This document shows, piece after piece, positions 59,100 through 64,000 of a stretch of 64,000 bases of DNA. Source of the stretch: an uncultured Acidobacteriota bacterium (lineage in GTDB: Bacteria; Actinomycetota; Acidimicrobiia; Spongiisociales; ZC4RG35); assembly GCA_963720925.1 (NCBI GenBank), contig CAVRHE010000012.1:11160-75159 (forward strand), in the 5' to 3' direction. Position 1 is the stretch's first letter; every line of letters starts with the position of its first letter. The notes below the pieces were generated by a model that was given only the letters and a program-made list of their open reading frames with translations, did no database searches and had not been told where the DNA came from. The position numbers and the translations under genes are program-made.

Positions 59100-60827
59100 G
59101 TGGCAACTCGTCTCGAAGTCCTCCGCATGTTGGCCGAACTGGCCAAGCTCACCGCCCTGGATGAGGGCAGTCCCCAGGCATTCAGAGTCCGGGCCTACGA
59201 GAACGCGCTGCACGGGATCGAGGGCTATCAGGGTGAGTTAGGCGATCTGGGCAAGAAGGAGCTGACGGAGATCAAGGGAGTCGGCGGTTCGACGGCAGAC
59301 AAGATCCTGGAGTACATGTCCACAGGGTCGGTGGCCAAGTTGGCCGTCCTTCGCGAAAAGTACCCGCCTGCGTTCGTCGAGCTCACGAAGATCCCTGGTC
59401 TGGGCCCAAAGACGCTCAAGCTCATCCGGGAACAACTGGGAGTCGAGGACATCGAAGGCCTCCGCCAGGCCATCGCCGCCGAGCAACTGCGAGAGCTGCC
59501 CGGCCTGGGGAAGACGTCCGAGGAGAAGATCAGCAAAGCGATCGAGCGCCTTGGTCTCCACGGGAAAGATCGGCGGACCCCACTGGTCGAGGCGCTGCCT
59601 CTGGCAAGATCACTCGCAGCGCGTATCGCCGCCCTCGACGGAGTCGAAGCCGCCGTGCCGTGCGGCTCGATCCGTCGATTCTCGGACACCGTCGGAGACA
59701 TCGACATCGTGGTCGCCACCAACGACCCCTCGGCCGTCTCCGAGTTCGTCGTCGGCCTCCCCGAGGCCACGGAGGTGATCGGGTCCGGCGGGACCAAGAC
59801 CTCGTTCCTGACCCGGGAGGGCATGCAGGTAGATGTCCGCACCGTCGGGCCCGGTCAGCTCGGCTCAGCACTTCTCTACTTCACCGGGTCGAAGGCCCAC
59901 AACATCGCGCTCCGTCAGCGGGCGATCGATCGGGGTTGGCTGCTCAGCGAGTACGGGCTCTTCGAGGACGAGAAGCTGGTCGCTTCGGAGACCGAGGAAG
60001 ACTTGTACAGGGCGCTGGAGATGGAGGTCGTTCCCCCGCCATTGCGTGAAGGCACCGGCGAAGTGGAGGCCGCGGCCGCCGGCTCGCTGCCCCCACTGAT
60101 CGATCTCTCCCAGATCAGGGGTGATCTCCACTACCACTCAGACCGGTCCGGGGATGGCCGCTCGACGCTCGAGGAGATGATCGAAGCGGCGATCGCGCGG
60201 GGATATGAATACGTGGCGTTCACCGATCACGGTGAGGACCTGGCCATCAATGGGTCCCCCCGGGACGTGATGCTCGAGCACCGTGATCGCATCCGTGATC
60301 TTCAGGGGAAATACCCCGACATTCGCCTCTTTTTCGGCTGCGAGCTCAACATCGGCCCCGACGGCGACCTCGACTATGACGCCGACTTCCGCCTCGAGTT
60401 CGACTACTGCGTCGCTTCGATCCATTCTCATTTCGATCTGTCACAAGATCGTCAGACGGCGCGGATCCTCGGCGCCCTCCACGACCCGGCGGTGAACGCC
60501 ATCGGTCATCTCAGCGGCCGGTACGTGGGACGCCGTCCGGGTGTCGAGTTGGACATCGATGTGATACTCGAGGGACTCAAAGTGACCGGGGTGGCGCTCG
60601 AGATCAATGGAGCGCTCGATCGGCTCGACGCCACGTCCGAGGTGGCCCGTCGGGCGATGGCACGTGGTGTCGACTTCGTCATCGACACCGACTCGCATCA
60701 CACGAGCGACCTCGTTCGGATGAGTTACGGAGTCACCTATGCCCAGCGTGGGTGGGTGACAACCGACCGAGTTGTCAATGCCCGGCCGATCGACGACTTC
60801 CTGGAGTGGCTCGCTCGCCGACGATAA
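59100..60827 (+). CDS. polX: Family X DNA polymerase with C-terminal PHP phosphoesterase domain
   Basis: HhH motifs (IKGVGGSTADKI, IPGLGPKTLKLI), the palm segment GSIRRFSDTVGDIDIV, and PHP motifs DLHYHSDRSGDG...TDHG...IHSHF...DTDSHH. Confidence 0.9.
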   Translation: MATRLEVLRMLAELAKLTALDEGSPQAFRVRAYENALHGIEGYQGELGDLGKKELTEIKGVGGSTADKILEYMSTGSVAKLAVLREKYPPAFVELTKIPGLGPKTLKLIREQLGVEDIEGLRQAIAAEQLRELPGLGKTSEEKISKAIERLGLHGKDRRTPLVEALPLARSLAARIAALDGVEAAVPCGSIRRFSDTVGDIDIVVATNDPSAVSEFVVGLPEATEVIGSGGTKTSFLTREGMQVDVRTVGPGQLGSALLYFTGSKAHNIALRQRAIDRGWLLSEYGLFEDEKLVASETEEDLYRALEMEVVPPPLREGTGEVEAAAAGSLPPLIDLSQIRGDLHYHSDRSGDGRSTLEEMIEAAIARGYEYVAFTDHGEDLAINGSPRDVMLEHRDRIRDLQGKYPDIRLFFGCELNIGPDGDLDYDADFRLEFDYCVASIHSHFDLSQDRQTARILGALHDPAVNAIGHLSGRYVGRRPGVELDIDVILEGLKVTGVALEINGALDRLDATSEVARRAMARGVDFVIDTDSHHTSDLVRMSYGVTYAQRGWVTTDRVVNARPIDDFLEWLARRR

Positions 60828-60844
60828 CGGGTAGCTTTCCGACG

Positions 60845-61261
60845 ATGGCCAAGGAATACCAGGTCACCCGGAACGTGAATCGCCTCATGTCGTGGGCCGC
60901 CCGGCGGGGAATGGGAAAGACCCAGCTCATGACGACGACTGGGCAGAAGAGCGGCCAAAAGCGTGAAGTGCCGGTCAGCCCGCTCGTGCTCGATGGCGCC
61001 GAGTACGTGGTCTCGCCCTACGGCGAGGTGTCATGGGTACACAATGTCCGGGCCAACCCCGTCGTCACCCTGCGTCACGGATCGAACGAGCGTCAGGTCC
61101 GCCTCGAAGAGATGACGGGCCCCACGGCGGCGTCGGCAGCCGCCGCCTACTACGAACGGGAGGGCTTCGCCCGTCCCTACATGGACGTGCCGGAGAATCC
61201 CACCACGGCCGACTTCGCGGCGAAGTCGGCGCTTTTCCCTGTGTTCAAGGTCAACGTCTGA
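60845..61261 (+). CDS. Deazaflavin-dependent nitroreductase family protein (DDN-like)
   Basis: LMTTTGQKSGQKREVPVSPLVLDGAEYVVSPYGEVSWVHNVRANPVVTL. Confidence 0.7.
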   Translation: MAKEYQVTRNVNRLMSWAARRGMGKTQLMTTTGQKSGQKREVPVSPLVLDGAEYVVSPYGEVSWVHNVRANPVVTLRHGSNERQVRLEEMTGPTAASAAAAYYEREGFARPYMDVPENPTTADFAAKSALFPVFKVNV

Positions 61262-61317
61262 GCCAGGTTCAGCGTCGATCCTTGTAATTCACCGCGCGGG
61301 GCGGGAAGCTGTGGTCC

Positions 61318-62653
61318 TTGGCGATGACCTCAACACAAACCGACCAGGTCGCCACCTACGTCCTGGACACCTGCGTGCTCCTCGCCGATCCCCAGTCCCC
61401 GCTCAGATTCGATGAACACGACGTCGTACTGCCCCTCGTCGTCGTCGAGGAGCTGGATCGGAAGAAGACCCGCATGGACGAAGTTGGCGGCAACGCCAGA
61501 GCTGCTATCCGGCTGCTCGAAGAGTTGGGGGCGTCCCGGACCGGCGGACTGCGAGAGGCGGTCGCGCTGCCCGGGGGCGGCACGCTCAGGATCGAGCTCA
61601 ACGGGGTGGTCTCTGAGCGTCTGCCGGCGGTGCTCGATCCCGATACTCCGGATCACCGGATCCTCGCCACCTGCTTGAACCTGCATGAGCAGTCGCCGGC
61701 GGTGTTGGTCACCAAGGACGCATCCCTGCGCATCAAGGGTGCACAGCTCGGAGTCCCGGTTCAGGACTACCGAGCCGACACAGTGCCGGTGGAACAGCTC
61801 CAGTCGGGTCTCGTCGAGCATGCCACCGACGGGGACACCATCGATCGGCTGTTCGACGAGGGAAAGATCACCCTCGATGAGATCGAGGCCATGGTCAATC
61901 AGTTCGTGCTGCTCCGTTCCGGCGCGTCGCGCTCGGCCCTGGCCCGCGTGATCCAGGCCGAGCCAACGGTCGTGGTGGAGCGGGTCCCCACCCATGTGCG
62001 GGCGTTCGGTGTGGAACCGAAGAACGTCCGGCAGACCGTGGCGTTGCATCAACTGCTCGATCCGGACATCCCTGCCGTTTCGCTGATGGGCATGGCGGGC
62101 ACCGGGAAGACCTTTCTCGCCCTGGCCGCTGCCCTCGAACAGGTCATCGAACAAGGGAGATACCGGAGGGTGTCGGTCTATCGCCCCCTGGTGGCAGTGG
62201 GTCGCCAGGAGGTCGGCTACTTGCCCGGAGATCTCAACGAGAAGCTGGCGCCATGGATGGCCGCGGTGCATGACAACCTGTTCGCCCTCTTCTCCGACGC
62301 CGGGGCCGACGGCGCCAAGCACGCCGATCGAGGAGCTGATCGATCGCGGTGAGTTGGAGATGGCGGCGGTGACCTATCTTCGGGGTCGCTCCATCACGGG
62401 CGAGTTCGTCATCATCGACGAAGCGCAGAACCTGGAGCTGCCCACCCTCAAAGTGATCCTGACCCGGATGTCGCGTGACTCCAAGGTGGTGTTCTGCGGT
62501 GACCTGACCCAGGTGGACAACCCCTACATCTCGCCTTTCGGGGGGATGGCTGCCCTCATCGAGAAGTTCAAGGGCTCTTCGTTGTTCGGGCACGTCACGC
62601 TGGAAAAGACGGTGCGCTCCCCGCTGGCCGAGCTGGCCGCAACAATCCTCTGA
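61318..62653 (+). CDS. PhoH2: PIN-domain RNase fused to PhoH-like ATPase, frame disrupted near 62320
   Basis: PIN segment YVLDTCVLLADP...LPLVVVEELD...DHRILA. PhoH Walker A is MGMAGTGKTFLALA. The C-terminal IIDEAQNLE...GDLTQVD lies in ORF 62270-62653. Confidence 0.85.
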
Positions 62654-62656
62654 CCA

Positions 62657-63379
62657 ATGTCGCCCAAGTCCCTCCTGCGACGGGGCAGGGCTGTGCTGAA
62701 GACCATCCCTTATCGCGGGAAAGGGAGGTGGTGCCCGGTATGCACCCGCTCATCCCGACGCTTCCGCCCTTACGGGAATCCGCCCCGTCCCGAAGCCCAA
62801 TGCATCCACTGTGGATCGCTGGAGCGCCATCGGTTTGTGTGGCTCCTGTTGAACGACGACACCGATCTCTTCGACGGCCGCGCCAAGCATGTCTTGCATT
62901 TCGCCCCGGAGCGCTGCCTCGAGCCTCTACTCCGCCAGCGTCTGGGCGCCGGCTATCGGACCGCGGATCTCGAACGAGAAGACGTCGATCTACGACTGGA
63001 TGTGACCGACATCCACTTCCCGGACGAGTCGTTCGACGTGATCATCTGCAGCCATGTCCTCGAGCACGTGCCTGACGACCGACGGGCGATGCACGAGCTT
63101 CACCGCATCCTCGCCTCCGATGGCTGGGCGTTGGTCGTCGTCCCCATAAAGGGGGACGTCACATTCGAAGATCCCACGGTTATCGATCCCGATGAGAGGC
63201 TTCGTGTGTTCGGACAGCGAGATCACGTCAGGATGTACGGCCCTGATATCGCAGATCGCCTCCGGAGCGTCGGGTTCGGCGTCGACACCCACCGTCCCTC
63301 CGATGGCCACTCTGGGACCGATATCTCCCGGATGGGATTGCGCCCGGCCTCTCGCCCGGTGTTCACCGTCGTGAAATGA
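62657..63379 (+). CDS. Class I SAM-dependent methyltransferase with N-terminal CxxC...CxxC zinc-ribbon
   Basis: WCPVCTRS...QCIHCGSLERH, then VLHFAPE...DVTDIHFPDESFDVIICSHVLEHVPDD...L..DGWALVV (Methyltransf_11-like). Confidence 0.75.
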   Translation: MSPKSLLRRGRAVLKTIPYRGKGRWCPVCTRSSRRFRPYGNPPRPEAQCIHCGSLERHRFVWLLLNDDTDLFDGRAKHVLHFAPERCLEPLLRQRLGAGYRTADLEREDVDLRLDVTDIHFPDESFDVIICSHVLEHVPDDRRAMHELHRILASDGWALVVVPIKGDVTFEDPTVIDPDERLRVFGQRDHVRMYGPDIADRLRSVGFGVDTHRPSDGHSGTDISRMGLRPASRPVFTVVK

Positions 63380-63398
63380 GGCGGCGGTCCGGTCGCCG

Positions 63399-64000
63399 CT
63401 ATTTCCCTACCCGTTCCCGTCGTGCCGCCAGCAGCTCCGCTGCCCGCTCGATGCCGATGGTCTCTGGGGAGTCGCCCTGGCGCAATGAGGCATTGACCTC
63501 GCCATCGGTCACGTACGGGCCGTAAGCGCCCGTTTCTGACCGTCACCGGTTTCCCGCTGACCGGGTCGGGGCCAAGCTCCTTCAACGGGCCGGCCGCGGC
63601 CTGACCTCTCCGGCGCGGTGGCTCGGCGAGGAGGGCGAGAGCCTCGTCGACGGTGAGGGTGAATAGCTGTTCCTCACTCTCGAGGCTGCGCCGGTCGGAC
63701 CCTCGCTGGATGTAGGGCCCGTATCGCCCGTTGAGGGCGACGATGTCGACGCCCTCAGGGTCGGGGCCGACGGTGCGGGGCAGGGCGAGGAGTTGTAACG
63801 CCGTGTCCATGGAGAGCTCGTCCATGGTCATGGTCTTGAACAGTGAGGCGCGCTTCGGCCTGGTCTTGCTTCCCTCCTCGGTCTCGCCGAGCTGGATGTA
63901 GGGACCGAACCGACCGGTCTTGCCGTACACGGTCAGCCCGGATTCGGGGTCGGTACCGAAGATCTTGTCGCCCGACGTTCTGAGACTGCACCAACTCGAG
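63399..64000 (-). CDS. topA: DNA topoisomerase I, C-terminal region (5' part outside the window), frame disrupted at about 63523
   Basis: Repeated GR(F/Y)GPY(I/V) C-terminal repeats (GRFGPYIQLGE, GRYGPYIQRG). Removing one base at about 63523 restores NGRFGPYVTDGEVNASLRQGDSPETIGIERAAELLAARRERVGK*. Confidence 0.85.

Overview
High-GC bacterial chromosome segment, most likely Actinomycetota (possibly Acidimicrobiia-like). Supporting content: tuf-rpmG, tRNA-Trp-secE-nusG-rplKA and a separate rplJL block, polyphosphate glucokinase, three F420-type DDN-family reductases, and the actinobacterial Tad-like 'helicase/secretion neighbourhood' locus close to topA. The window is densely packed with about 80 mostly housekeeping or metabolic genes. 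These include pepN, serB, gnd, ppgK, hflX, maeB, DUF47-pit, ctaA, a group 1/2 sigma factor, fused 2-oxoacid dehydrogenase E1 alpha-beta, hisC, HU, ispD, PolX, PhoH2 and topA. I found no rRNA, CRISPR array, transposase, integrase or prophage genes, and no recognisable multi-gene defence island. The items most worth follow-up are: (1) a selenocysteine tRNA (anticodon UCA) with no sel genes or selenoprotein nearby; (2) two strongly structured non-coding regions that may be unannotated RNAs (10693-10902 and about 34880-35161), plus an unexplained 600-nt non-coding gap upstream of the DUF47-pit operon; (3) a YbjD/OLD-family ATPase-Toprim nuclease with a Walker-A Lys-to-Arg change; (4) an orphan fused E1 alpha-beta gene translationally coupled to a LOG/SLOG-like gene; (5) an IspD-like half-protein at the head of the Tad-like operon. 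A major caveat is that at least 17 genes, including the essential rplJ, rplL and topA, carry single frame disruptions. These look like single-base indel errors rather than biology, so every pseudogene or fusion call here needs read-level confirmation. All calls come from my own reading of the ORF translations and the DNA; no database search was run.
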